Shown: in pieces, positions 36,958 to 50,700 of the stretch
Layout of the letters: each line of letters begins with the position of its first letter
Numbering within the stretch: position 1 is the stretch's first letter
DNA from: Podarcis tiliguerta
Taxonomy: Eukaryota
DNA length: 64,000 bases
Assembly: GCA_965153285.1 (NCBI GenBank)
Contig: OZ229119.1
Reading direction: 5' to 3' (one strand)
The notes under the pieces: generated by a model
Seen by the model: the letters and a program-made list of their open reading frames with translations, nothing else
What the model was told of the DNA's origin: nothing
Databases searched by the model: none
Translations under genes and position numbers: made by a program

Positions 36958-37907
36958 TCCTCCCAAAGCGTAAAATGAAGGAGAAAGGGAAATAAACCAG
37001 CTGTGCAGTGTGACTAGTTTCTTTCTCTAAGCTTCCTATAAGTCTCTCGCGTTACTCTCGTACTTTGCTGACAAAGAATGTTACAGACTATTTACTTTTC
37101 TGCACCTCCATTCCTCTAGTTCCTTTCCCTACTGCAGTTCCCGGCTACTCTGGCGCCCCTTGCAGGCCCTTATAAAACGAACTCAATAAAATACATAATT
37201 GTGTGAATCAATAACTCAATTGATTAAATCTGTATAAAACAGTTCTCATGGGGAAATGAATTATTTCTTGTTTTGAGAGGTGGGAACCATACAGCACATC
37301 CCAGCAGGAATTCCCTTCTATCTGAGAGAGAAGAGGCATTCATTCCTCGTCTACTATACAATGCAACCCTAGGAGTAAAATGCCCCCTTGCTTTCTGATT
37401 CCAACCCTGTGCTTAAAACAATTCCTAAAATTCCTGCCTCAGGAACAATGTAACAACCATGAATGAAATGAGTGATTTATAACAAGAGTCTAATATTTGT
37501 TTGTGTGCATGAACTCTTTGAAGTTGCACCAACCTCTATAATTTCAGAGCAGCTCGGTCTAACCATACAATAGCTTCATCTCTTTGTATGCCAGCCACTC
37601 CCATTTTATAGCCAGGAAGCTGAAGACACTGTACACCAAGAAACTCTACACTTTATCCTACAGATCTCTCACTTCAAACAACAATTGCTTTTGCAAATTC
37701 CAACTCCACGCCCCATGACAATTGCAATACAAGTTTTAGCTTTAATTCAACTGCATATCCTTCTCCCAGAAGTGTTACACGTCCTTAAGATTTCCTAGAC
37801 TTGCCACAGAAACCTCGAAGACTCAGTTCACACATCACGTCTGTTTTGAAATATATTTTATTATCTTTCCCACAAATACCCTGATGAAATAATAATTGAA
37901 TACTAAT

Positions 37908-37994
37908 TCAAAGAGACAACTCCATTGTCACATCCATCTTGCTCTTATAAGGGGTAAGCACGGGGTGGACCTCTTCTTTTAGGAATCTTGCTAC
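37908..37994 (-). CDS. ADSL: ADSL exon 13 ([28 protein letters not shown])
   Basis: taacag|GTA ... CTT TGA. Confidence 0.93.
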   Translation of the reverse strand, partial: VARFLKEEVHPVLTPYKSKMDVTMELSL

Positions 37995-40900
37995 CTGTTA
38001 TGGAAGAAGGGAGGAAAAAGGCATTAAAAGAATAATTTGGACCAAATACTCGTTTAGCCTTAGCATATTAACCAATTACTCTATTCTGTACACATCCCTG
38101 TAACTCAGAACACGCAGGAACCGGATAAGGCAAAGACTAGATTTGTCCCCACCCAAAGCACACCATTAACAACAAAAAGGAAATGTTAGAAGTACAGAAA
38201 GTGAATTCTTCCAGATATGGGAGATATGCCAAGAATCTTTCTCAAACCGCTCCTGTTAAAGCCTGGCTTTGCTTAACTGGTAAATGAAGAACTGGCTGAT
38301 ACAGGCTACTGGACTACAATCTGCACTGAATCAGTAAGACAGGGTGAGGCAGGCAATTAAATAAAAAGTCAGGAGTATGTAGTTAGAGGAAGGTTGGGTA
38401 GCAATGGATGAAGGAAACGTCTAAATAGAATAAGGAGGGGGAAACTGGTTCATTCGCAGGGAAGCTTATGGCAGAAGAAACAAAAACAAGGAGTAATAGA
38501 TGAATTTTTTCAAATGGAGTGAGAAAGGTTACAAAGGAAGACAAAGAAAGAAACAGTTGCAGGTAGAGAACATAAAGCTTTAGGTGGACTAGAGTCCACG
38601 GCAACCTCATAAGAACTTTCCTGTTCTTACCTGCTGGGAAGCACGTCCAGTAAAGGATTTGGGTTCCAAAAGAGATTCCAGTTCTCCATGAATAGGGCTG
38701 AAATAAGGATCTGCACGAATACGTTCAATGAGGTCATTATCACCCCCTTCTTGCTTCACAACAGCAGCTGCCTGCTGGGACAGAACCCTTATCTTCTCAT
38801 GACAATCCTATGAAAAAGAAGTCAACACCACATTACAAACCATCAGCAAACACGGTAAACATCCTAAGTATCATATACAGGATTTACAAAAAGCTAATGT
38901 AGTTGTGGCTCACGATAAAAAAATCCAAAATCCATTGTAGGGCTGTATCTATTAGGCCAACCAAAATGTCAGAATATAGTCAGGGAGGAAGAGGGAAAAG
39001 AGCGTAGTGGGGGAAGTGGCTTAGTATTTAAGCCATAGTAAATCTGAATTGGTCTTGGTCCTAAGATGGAGTGCAGGAACTCATCAAAAAGAGGTGAGCT
39101 AGGCTACCTGGAAATGAACAACATTTGAACTGTGTGTGACAGAACTGTTGCAATGCCTGAATTCTCTCTTCAGTGGGTCTTTTTATCATTCAGTCCATTC
39201 ATAATAGTTCTCTTTTTAATTACACACAAACTGCAATAAGAAATAGCAAAATTCCATCCTCTTCTGAAACTTTCAGTATTTTGTGTAGCCGATCACTGCA
39301 GAATATTGTCTCAATAACTTCTCAGTTCTAGATGCATCAAGGGAGCATAACAAGTACAGAAATAAGATAAAAGTAGCAGCAAACAATGCAACAAACAAAA
39401 AGTATTTCAGACTTCTCTTTAAAAAAATGTGTAGGGTGACAATTTGTCTAATCGCTAACATTCATATGATACTAAGAAAACAAATCTAGAGGCAGCAGGG
39501 ATCTTGGGTAAAGAAGTGAACGAGTTAGTGCTGAACCACAGTTTAAACAACCTTAGTCAGTGCTGAATTTTATAAGTTATTTCCAAAAGCATCCTCATTC
39601 AGTATTATAATAATTAATTTGAAAAAGATAGGCACATTGCAATGTTCCATCTCTGCTTTCTAAATACTAATATAGTGACACTAAAACTGGTGATAAAACA
39701 AAACTAATGCCTTCCCTGGTAGCTGAACTTGTAAAATTTAGAAATATGCAACATGATGAGAGAAAGAGGATGTGCATAACAACAGGGCTAGATTGTGAAA
39801 CAGCAAAGAGTTCAAGATACTGGTGTCACAACTTTCTTCCAACCCTTCTACTTCCTGGCATGAAAAGTCCCCTTAAGGGCCTGTAAATGAGAGCCTACAG
39901 TTAGGTACATACCTGGCGATTGCCCCCAGCTTTCACCATAGCCATGATAATATTTTCTGTACACATGAAAGGTAACTCTTGCTGAATACGTCTCGCAATA
40001 ACCTAAATCAAACATCAAATATAAGTACAGTATTTACAAAATGGACTGGAAAATTCAGTTTCTATGTTACTCTTCATTATTTTATTTATTCAGGGGAGAG
40101 ATAACAGCTCAGCAATAAAAGTACATGCTTTGAATAGAGAAGGCCCCAGATTAGTAGAACGTTAAAAGGACCTCTGCCCAAGTCCCTGAAGAACTGTTTG
40201 TTGCCAGTCAGAATAGATAAGACTGGGATACAAGGACAAATAGATTCATCATTTAGAAAGCAGTTTCTACTGCTAGATGGCATGTCCTTCATTAGCCTCA
40301 AATTTTATATCATTCCTAACTCTGCTACACCTCATGAATATTAATAGCTCATTCCTAATTAAAACTGAAGAAAAAAAATACTGCCTCCTTACAGACGCAC
40401 ACAGATTTAATGTTAAAACAGGAAGTCAAAACAACTTCTCCCCACTCCTGTGGAGCAAGCCAGCTACCACTCTTGTTCAGAGTAAAAATAATATAGTAAT
40501 GAATGAATTTTAAAAATGCTTCAAGTTGTCAGTTTTGTCTCACCACCATACTTCAGGGAGTTGTATGCCTGCTCTTACTTTTTAAAATGCCACACATGCA
40601 TTTATTAATTTAAACAGTTATGTGTTAAATGATTTTTTTCTTCAATATTACAAGAGAAGTAAAAACTATTCAGGGCATGGGTTCTTCTTATAAAAGCTAG
40701 TCCACTGGAACTGTGCACAGTTGAAACCTGCTGCAGACTCCTGAAACTGCTATCTTAATCCCTTGGGTAGAGGTTCCCATACTTAACTGTGCCCAGCATT
40801 CATTAGATTGGACCTGCACTGGGTATTTGCTTCGTAGTGACTGTGACCTACCCATCTGTAAAACCTCCACTATGTAGCTAAATGGAATTTAACAGTTGAC

Positions 40901-43900
40901 ATGAATCAGATTGTTTGTAAAAGCTTAGAATCATAGAACTATAGAATTGGAAGGGAACACAAGGGCCATCTAGTCCAACCCCCTGCAATGCAGGAAACTT
41001 TTGCCCAACGTGGGGCTCGAACCCATGACCCCAAGATTAGTCTCATGCTCTACCAGCTGAGCTATTTCCTTCCTTATACATGCCCAGGGCTGGAAGTGGG
41101 TGCTGATTTATGGCAGAGTTTTTGAAAATTTCTGTCCTTAAAGTACTCATCTCATGTCTGCGAAGGAAGCCCCTGCTGTGTGTGTGTGTGTGTGTGTGTG
41201 TGTGCCCATGCTTAGTTACGTGGAGTTGTGGCTAGGGTTGTTGGTCCTAGCTGTCACCCCTGTGTTAACTGAGTGTGCATTAAAAATACATATTCAACTC
41301 ACAGTGGCTATGAAGGGAAGACTGGTAACAGGAAGCAAGCTGTGTTTCAGGTGACAACACCCTGAAAAACTTCCAAGGGACCCCAGGCTTTCCCCAGAAA
41401 ACAGTTTGAAAACTGCCAGTACAGGAGTAAGAGACTGCTCACATTTCCTCTGTGTCTTCTTACCTTGGGATATACCACAAGACCCTCAGAGATATTTTGC
41501 AGGGTGCTAAGTATTATGTCAGCAGTGAGGAAGGCTTCAGGTAAACACACACGCCTGTGGAAAAAGAGTACCAGAATTGGAGGGAGGGAGAAGTTGCAGC
41601 ATTCCCACAGAAAGGACTTTTTAAACATTTCCGTACTATTTTTTCTTTCCTCATTAATTTGCTTACTCTTCCTATTTTCCACACTAGGCAATGTTTTAAG
41701 GAACATTTTGTTGGGGTGGATGGATCATCCCAGTTCTGTACTGTGTCAGTTTCGTGTATTCACAAAACTAACTCCATGGCATCCAGTTTATGGATAGATG
41801 TTTTTAATTTTAAAAATCTGCCCCGTTTTACTGAAATAACTGCTTATGAGATGGTCCAAGGGCTGCCCCTTTTGTCAACATTTTACAGCTACTTGGGGAA
41901 CCGAACGCTTCCTTTGTTGCATGGGAACAGCCATCTTTTTCTTTGTACAATTCTGCATGTTGTGATATACAGTTCCTTTATGGGAGCATTTTAAAACAGA
42001 TTCTTTACTGTGTAGCCTTGGAGGAGATATTGGCTGCTCTAAGTAGCTGGTCAAGTTTTAAAGAAACGTTAAAACTCCTAAGTACAGTACAGAAGCAGGC
42101 ATGGATTTGTTCATTGATTATGTGTCTTAATCCACAAATCAAAGTTCTGAGTCACACATGAATCCAATGGGGGCAAAATGAGCAAGAATCCTCTGCACCT
42201 CCAGCTTAGCTTTCAGAAATCACATCCTTCAATGGTGGCCTTGTACATTTTATACTTGTTAAAAAGGGTTCCTCTGAAATCACAGAGGTTCACTTCCAAG
42301 TAAGTATGTTTAATATTTTGGGTGCAGTTCACAATATCATAGAAAGATCCGTTAGTTTCTAAATGTATTTTGAAAACAAAGAAATAATCTCTCTGCTTCA
42401 TGACCTAGCGACAAGAATCAGGAACGTACCTGTTTGCACTATCGTCTAAAGTGCGCTCAAACCACTGCACAGATGCTGTCTGAAGGGGGTCCTGGATCAG
42501 AATCATAAGATGACGAGCTAAACTGCAACATCGCTCCGAACGCATGGGATTCCGTTTATAAGCCATAGCGCTTGAACCTGTACAATGGGAGGGGTGAGGG
42601 GAATGGGCAACAGGAGAAGGAAGAGTGTGCAAATAAGAAGGAGAAAGAATAAAAAACAAGAATGTTAAACATAGTGTGCCTTTCTAAAGTTCTTTCACCA
42701 TCTACAAAAGTTGCTCCGGTTATCAGCAAACACAATCCTCAACAATACAGTGGTACCTAGGGTTACACACGCTTCAGGTTACAGACGCTTCAGGTTACAG
42801 ACTCCGCTAACCCAGAAATATTACCTCGGGTTAAGAGCTTTGCTTCAGGATGAGAACAGAAATCGCGCTCCGGTGGCGCGGCAGCAGCAGGAGGCCCCAT
42901 TAGCTAAAGTGGTGCTTCAGGTTAAGAATGGTTTCAGGTTAAGAACAGACCTCTAGAACGAATTAAGTTCTTAACCCGAGGTACCACTGTATCAATAATT
43001 TTGAACAGATAGCAGAGCTTGCACACAAAAATGTATAGATTCAGGTGTTCAAGTTGGGGCGAAAAGGAAAATAGGTTGGCTAACTTCATGGTGACATCAG
43101 ATGACAAAAGGGGTGGCCTCCCACCTGTTAGTGGCCCATGGGGTAAGTTGGACAGAGCACAACATAGCTAGGCTACTTCTAAATCTTAGTTAAATTTAGC
43201 AGCTGTTTTTGTACCAAAATTACTATCCTTAAGGCTAGGCATGGGGAGCCTACGGCCCTCTAGATGTTTTGGGCAACTCCCATCAACCTAAGCATGGCCA
43301 AGGATGGTGGGAGATGGAAGTCCACCAACATCATGGGGCCCAGAGGTTTCCTACCCCAATGTAGACTGGGAACAGATTGCAGTGAGCTTTTGGCCTGCAC
43401 ACTAGCCCCTCTTGCACAGAAGGGAAAAGAGTGAAAACTCATGCTCTCGCTTTAAAACAAACCAGAGTTTCACATTATATTCAAACTTGGGGACCTGTGG
43501 TTTGTTCTACCCAAGGTTAACTAGCAAATTGGGATCTGAAACTATCGTTTGAATCTGACTTGTTGACACTGATTTTGGTTTGAATAAACCATAGTTTCCA
43601 CCCTGAGACCTCCAGGTATAGGACAGTATATAAATTCAATAAAATAATAGTAGTAGTTTCTGGGAGGAGGTTGCAATAATTTTTACTGGGATTTTTATTG
43701 TTGTTGTTGTTTAGTCATTTAGTCGTGTCCGACTCTTCGTGACCCCATGGACCAGAGCACGCCAGGCACTCCTGTCTTCCACTGCCTCCCGCAGTTTGGA
43801 TTTTTATTAAAATGATACAAAATAGTACCAAGAACAAGGCAAAAATTAAGCAATAAAGCACAGTCCAACTAGATAGAATCACGATGAAGACTGAAAGTAA

Positions 43901-46900
43901 CCAGTGGCGAAAATATCAATTGTACCATATATTACATAAATTAATCACATTTTTTTAAAAAGCTGTATTGAAAACAAAAGAAATGTCAGTAAGGGGTTGA
44001 AAAGACCTTAGTACAGTGGTACCTCGGGTTAAGAACTTAATTCGTTCCAGAGGTCCGTTCTTAACCTGAAACTATTCTTAACCTGAAGCACCACTTTAGC
44101 TAATGGGCCTCCTGCTGCCGCCGTCACACGATTTCTGTTCTCATCCTGAAGCAAAGTTCTTAACCCGAGGTACTATTTTTGGGTTAGTGGAGGTACCACT
44201 GTATTTCAGTCTGGGGCCCTCCAGAGAACAAGTCTTGAGACAAACTGTGGCTTGTACTTTGCCTGCAAACCATGACTGGAAACCAGGATCAAACTATGGT
44301 TTTAATTCTTTGTTTGAAACACAAGTGTAAGATACAGATTTCCACTTTGCCTCAGAACAAGCAATGAGGAATCACTGCATGCAAAGACAGAGAGTAGTGT
44401 GTGAAGCCAAGGTTTCTTGATTGTTCAGTTTATAGCATTAGGGCATGGTTTGGAATTACATCTAAAGCAGCCCATTATCTCACTTTCTCAGAGGAGTCAC
44501 AGTTTCAGACTCCTTACAGCAACTTGTTGGATAGCTAGCAAAGCAGTAGCTTCAGAAATTTAATTTGCTGGTAACTGTATGCATGCATGTACTCCTTAAC
44601 TGTCTTGTACATAAAAATGGGATGTAAACGTACCAGCTGATCCAATCTGAGACATGCTTACACATATTCCATTTTTATTCTAATTTCAATCATTCAACTT
44701 CAAAAGGGCGATCAATACAAGTTAATTTAAAAACAACAAAATTCTGTTTCTACAGCCATTGCTTACCAATTTGGTCTTTCTCAAAAGGTTCCTCTAATTC
44801 TTTGAGGTTGGCCAGAAGGCGAATATCAGTACATATCTGGAGAAAAACAACTCTAATTAGTTCAGACACTATTTCTGGGCAGCATTAATATCCATCAGAA
44901 ATCTTGGAGCTGGTTCATTTTACTAACCACTGGGGAGAAAAAGAGATTAATTCATTTCAGATGTTCAGATGCAGGCACAGACTTACTGCATGCAAGATTT
45001 CATAATTAGCACTGAGTCAACGATACAAAGAAATAGTTTAAAAAAATTCATCTTATTTTAAAGGAAATAGGAGAAATTCTGAATATAAACATATTGCCCA
45101 GCCCAAAACATAGATTTGAATTCAAGCCTATTATACACGTGACACTCAACTTATGCTGGGGTTATATTCTGGGGATAGCACATAAAGCCAAAATCACATG
45201 TAGTGAAAACACATTGGGTTCACTGGTGGGTGGGATTGCCAAAGTCTTTTTCCCCAGATGTCTGCCCCCTGAGTCACTCTCCCAACTTCCGAACACTGTG
45301 CATTGCTTCTGCTTACTGGCAGAGAGAGGCAAGGCAGTGCAGGCACAGCAGCAGGAATGGTGGACTGGCTCACTTTCACATCTATAATTCAATAGAGCTA
45401 GGATATCTCCTAGATATCCGGTATACTACAGAAATCTGTGTTAAACACAGGAGAAAAGCAAAACATCAAAATGTGACCACAGTTTCTAAAAGCTTGAAAC
45501 CTCTAAAGAAAAAAATTATGTGGCTGTGCAATTCAAGAAGGCATCCAATTGAGCCCCAATTCTCAGTGGTGCCTTTGAATATAGAATTTGAAGTAGTTCT
45601 TACCTTATGTACAGATGCCCCTAGACTGGCCAGAACAGAAAGAACTTCAATATCCACTTTGCGACTGTATGTCTGCCCTGTGACGATATAAGCGCTGAAA
45701 CCAAACACAAAGATAAAGCATCATGAAGTTTAACAGAGCCTATAAATGAGATTGAGAGAGCATGCAACAAGGAATGAATACCACACAACATCAACTGGTT
45801 CCTTGTCCCTCATTTTATATCTGCTTCCTGATCCAGTGAAGGTACAGTATTCGTTTGAAACAATCTAGAGAAATTATTTGTGTGACTGTACAATTCAGTT
45901 TAACATGCAGTAGGGGTAGCAAAAAAAAGGGAAACATGCATTCACATGGAGAAGAGCAAAACTGCAAAGGACTAAGATGGGAGGAAGTTCCATTACAAAC
46001 CTACATCATGGAGTAGATTATGTAAGCACAACCTTTCCCCTAATAGGTCCTAGCAGTTAGCAGCAACAGCGGGAATGTTAATTGCAGAGCAGAATCCAAA
46101 TTTATACACAGGTCCAGAGGTGCTCATCTTAAGAATGCGGAAGGGCCTCAATTTAATGGCAGGCTTTGCACATATAAGATCACAGCTTCAATCAATGATA
46201 TCTCCAAGTAAGGCTGGAAGCTCTGGAAAACCATGCTGCCAGTCAGTTAGTGCAGATATGACAGTACTAAATGCAAGACAACACCAGTGGTCTGACTCAG
46301 TATAAAGGCAGATTTCCGTGTTCTTAAAGCAGTAAAGGCAAGGAAGGAGAGGGTTTTTTGTTTTTTTACATACCGCTTAAATCCCGCCATTGCAGTCACC
46401 AGCCTGTCCAGCTCCTCCACCTCAGGGGAAAAATATGATAGGAACCTCACTCAGAATGCAGTGGCTGAAGTGGGAATGATTGTGCCTCTTGCACCATTCT
46501 GAGCACTATAGGTGTTTTGCTGATGCAATCACTATATTACCCTATGCTCAATCTGCTGTCTGCTTCCCACAGAAATAAAAATAGAAGGTCTCATGCAAAT
46601 TTCATATTGGCAAAAACCCTAGAGTGAAATGTCCCAGGAAGCAACTTTGCTAGTTTCTTGATTGGGGCATAAGGTGCACTTTATGGATATTCTGACTGCT
46701 GATTTAGAACTATTTTTTTACTGGTTTTGCTGTGGGATTTTGCTGTTTTTAGATGCTGTTTCAATAATTTCTTCCACTACTGCTCAGGATGTTTATGTTG
46801 AATGGCAGCCTGTGATTACCAACACATAATACAGCAGTCAAGTGTCCCCAAACTAATTGCAATTCAAAACTGACACTTGCTGGGGATACCTACTTTATCA

Positions 46901-47729
46901 TGATCTCCTTCAAAGAGCTGCAAGAAGCTGGCCTGTGTACCAGTGGTGCCTTTCACACCGCGAAATCTCAACTCATCTCGTGCCCGCTCAAGATTGTGGA
47001 GGTCCATGCAGAGATCTTGGATCCACAGACAACAGCGTTTACCAACAGTAGTCAGCTGGGCAGGCCTAAAAGAACACAGAATATGACTCAAGAATAAGCC
47101 TGTACAGCTTCATTCATGTCACTATACCGTGTTTGCACTTGATGCTTTGCAAGCATTTCTATCACAGTTTCTTTCAGAATCTTATAGCCGTAATTCATTT
47201 AGTTTTCTGGAGTTTAATCTTGCACAGTAGCAATTAAAGGCTGCTGATCTAAGGGTGAATAAAAGAAATGGGGTAGAAATGGGAGCAGCATCCACAGAAT
47301 TAAATGAGTATTTGTATGAATTACTTACTGGTAGTGAGTGAAGCCCAAGGTGGGCAAGTCAGCATACTTCTCAGCAAAATCTGCAAGACGGCTGATCACC
47401 CTGGCAAGCTAGCAAGATTGAATGAAAGAAGGAAAACACAAAGGAAGTCACAAAATAATTATTTACATTTTTATCCAATTTTGCTTACAAGAAGGGTAGG
47501 GCAGAATACAAGGTTCTTCAAGAATCTGATAGTCAAGTCTGAATCATTCTCCAAGAAGAACTGTAAAATGCTTAGAGAGAAAAATATATAACTTAATATG
47601 ATGCCTCTATAATACTACTACTACTGCTACCACTACTATTAGTTATTTCATTTAGGTGTGACCCTTGCAGAGTGAGGGATTTATAACAGAACATATATAA
47701 AACAGTTAATACAACTGAATACATGAAAA

Positions 47730-47766
<37 letters not shown>

Positions 47767-50700
47767 ATGTTTAAAACAACAGCATATACAGTACATAAAA
47801 TCAATTCATGTTATATTATGAACTCTGTATGAACACAACTGGAATCCAACACTGATCAGGTGCCTTGTAAAATAACTACCATATTTTTCGCCCTATAGGA
47901 CACACTTTTTCCCCTCCAAAAATGAAGGGGAAATGTGTGTGCGTCCTATGGGGCGAATGCAGGCTTTCGCTGAAGCTTGGAGAGCGAGAGGGGTTGCTGC
48001 GCATCGACCCCTCACGCTCTCCAGGCTTCAGGAAGCTATCAGCAAGCCTTGCAAGCCCGGCGGGAGGTCCCGCGGGCTCGCAAGGCTTGCGGGCAGCAGC
48101 CTGCAGCCCACAAGCTCAGGAGACAGCGGGGAGGTGCAGCGCCGCCACCCCGCTATTCCCCGACCTGGTCTGGAGGCTGGCGGGGGGGGGGGGAGAGGCA
48201 AGCTTGCTTCTCCCCATCGCCAGCCCCACAAGCTCGGGGAATAGCAGGGAGGCAGAGCGCCGCCACCGACCTGATCTGGAGGCTGGCGGGGGGGGGGGGG
48301 GAGAAGCACCGCCACCCCGCTATTCCCCGACCTGATCTGGAGGCTGGCGGGGGGGGAGAAGCAAGCTTATCTCTCCCCCCCCCGCCAGCCCCACAAGCTC
48401 GGGGGATAGCGGGGAGACGGAGCGCCGCCACCCCGCTATTCCCAGACCTGGTCTGGAGGCTGGCAGGGGGGAGAAGCAAGCTTGCTTCTCCCCATCGCCA
48501 GCCCCACAAGCTCGGTGGACAGCGGGGCAAGCCGCTGCCCCACGGAGGCTAGAGAGGCTGTCCCTGAAGGCAGAAGAGGGAGACGGAGCACTCCGTCACC
48601 CTCTTCTAGCTTGGGGATGGCTGCGCAAATCTGCGGGGGAAATAAAATGTTTTTCCTTGATTTCCCCCCCCCCAAAAAAACTAGGTGCGTCCTATGAGCC
48701 GGTGCGTCCTATAGGGCGAAAAATAGGGTACCTTTTTCTCAGTGCCTTGCCAGCTCCTAATTGTTTCTAGTTAACTCTGGCAGACAGCCAATTGGAATCA
48801 ATAGCACCCAACTCTTAAAAACTGTGCGTCTCACCTTGGGAAGAAGCAGGTTGAATCCATCCCGGAGAACTATCAAGTCCTAACAGAAAAAGGAATAAAA
48901 CAGTCAGTCAGTCACAATTCTTTTCTATAGTCACGTGCTTATCTACACTCTCCTTTCAGGGTAATTTGCAATTTCCATAAAGGCAAATGGGTATGACTAA
49001 CATTCTCTTTGTGTATCAAGGACTCAAGTAGTCTACTGTGCACAAGCATTTATTTTGGTCACTCTCAAATTCACTTGTGCCTCAAAGGGATCAGCATTAC
49101 TTCTATACCACCCAAGAGGGTGAAAATGAAGAGACGAGAGAATGGTGTGTGTGTGTTATCTCACTCAGAACTTTACTGGGTTTTGAATTTTTAGCTATAC
49201 AACACTTATCTCCGTCTTTTTAATAAAGAAAAAAATATTGCTGATACTTTACAAGCTTGGTATTTCAGATAGTAAAGCAGGGATAGAAAAGAACCATTAC
49301 AGTGGTACCTCTAGTTACGAACTTAATTCGTTCCAGAGGTCCGTTCTTAACCTAAAACTGTTCTTAACTAGAAGCGTGCGTTCGCTAATAGGGCCTCTTG
49401 CTGCTGCCGGAACAAGATTTCCGTTCTCATCCTGGAACAAAGTTCTCAACTTGAGGTAACTCTTCCAGGTTAGCAGAGTTTTTAACCTGAAGAGTTTGTA
49501 ACCTGAGGCGTTTGTAACTTGAGGTACCACTGTATAGTGATTCAGCCCAGCTTATGGAGAACAATTTCATAACGTTGTTTTACCGTATTATCTCCCACGT
49601 AGCAGGAAGTTGCTCCAAGGTGAATTATGCCTGCAGCCTTTGGACAACAGTGGGCAAATGTATGCACATGGGCCATTACATCATGACGTAACCGCTTCTC
49701 CTCCTCAGCTGCCATCTTGAAATCTATGCTGTCCAGTTTTGCTTCCATTTCCTGTATTTGCTCATCTGTGATGGGTAGACCCAGTGACTACAAGGAGGGA
49801 AAAACCTGAAGTTAACTAACACATGACCCCCTATTCAAGGACACCCCCACTAGTAAGATCACTGAATTTACACAATCGACTGGGATCTTATTCTTATGCA
49901 ATTTTCAGAATCAGGGATGGTTGACACAAAGCCCAGTTTATGCAAGATTAGCTTTTAACTACTGAGGTTAAAATCCAAAGTCCCAAGGTTATTACTGTTC
50001 TGAATGAGTTAATTTTAAAGGAACACTTCATTGCAACTAATATTAGAAAAAATGTTATTCTTATAGATCACAACAATTTGATTTAAATAAAAACGTAAAA
50101 GAACTGTGTCTCTTTTTGAATTTGGCTGATTTTCTATAGAGTTTATTTCATTTTCTACCTTCTATATTCAAGCAGTTACTTCAGTTTTGTCTCTGACAGT
50201 AAGTGTCCCAAATAGCTTTAAAAATGGAAAGAGACAGCAGACTAAAAAGACTGGAGTTGCCTCAAACTTGAATGTCAACCCAGTTGTATGAAAAGGCACT
50301 ACAATGCTCTACCTACAGTACAAAGTATTTTTTCAGAGTTCTAAAGGAAGCCATTGTACTTGACTCCACTAGGCTTTCTGAAAACACTACCCAGAATTTA
50401 CTGTAATCGACTAAAGTCTCCATAACCGTCTTTTTACACCTTTTTCAATTTTTCAGAGAAAAAATAAAGTTGTGCTTTGCCTTTCCATGATTTATATGTA
50501 ACATCACATCTATTATCCTAACCCGCTTGCAGAATCTTAGGCGCCTCGTTTACCTTCTGCTGCTGTTCCCAGTGAATGCAATTTAAATTAAAAAACAAGC
50601 AGGGATGTTGCTTATATAAAAACAAAGGCAAACAACACATAAATGTTACACACTTTTCACTACATTGAATCCCCTACAACTAGAAATCTAATCATATCCC

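Noticed and set aside
41003-41065. tRNA-Lys gene
   Set aside because: Anticodon loop deleted, 5' acceptor strand missing, and fused to a CR1 tail, so it is a SINE head
42711-42956. Similar ORFs at 42711, 44103, 49315 and 53695 suggesting a gene family
   Set aside because: All are translations of the same non-coding MITE family
47922-48697. Cluster of long overlapping ORFs (up to 191 aa)
   Set aside because: Artefact of a GC-rich tandem repeat inside a non-autonomous transposon; no transposase motifs
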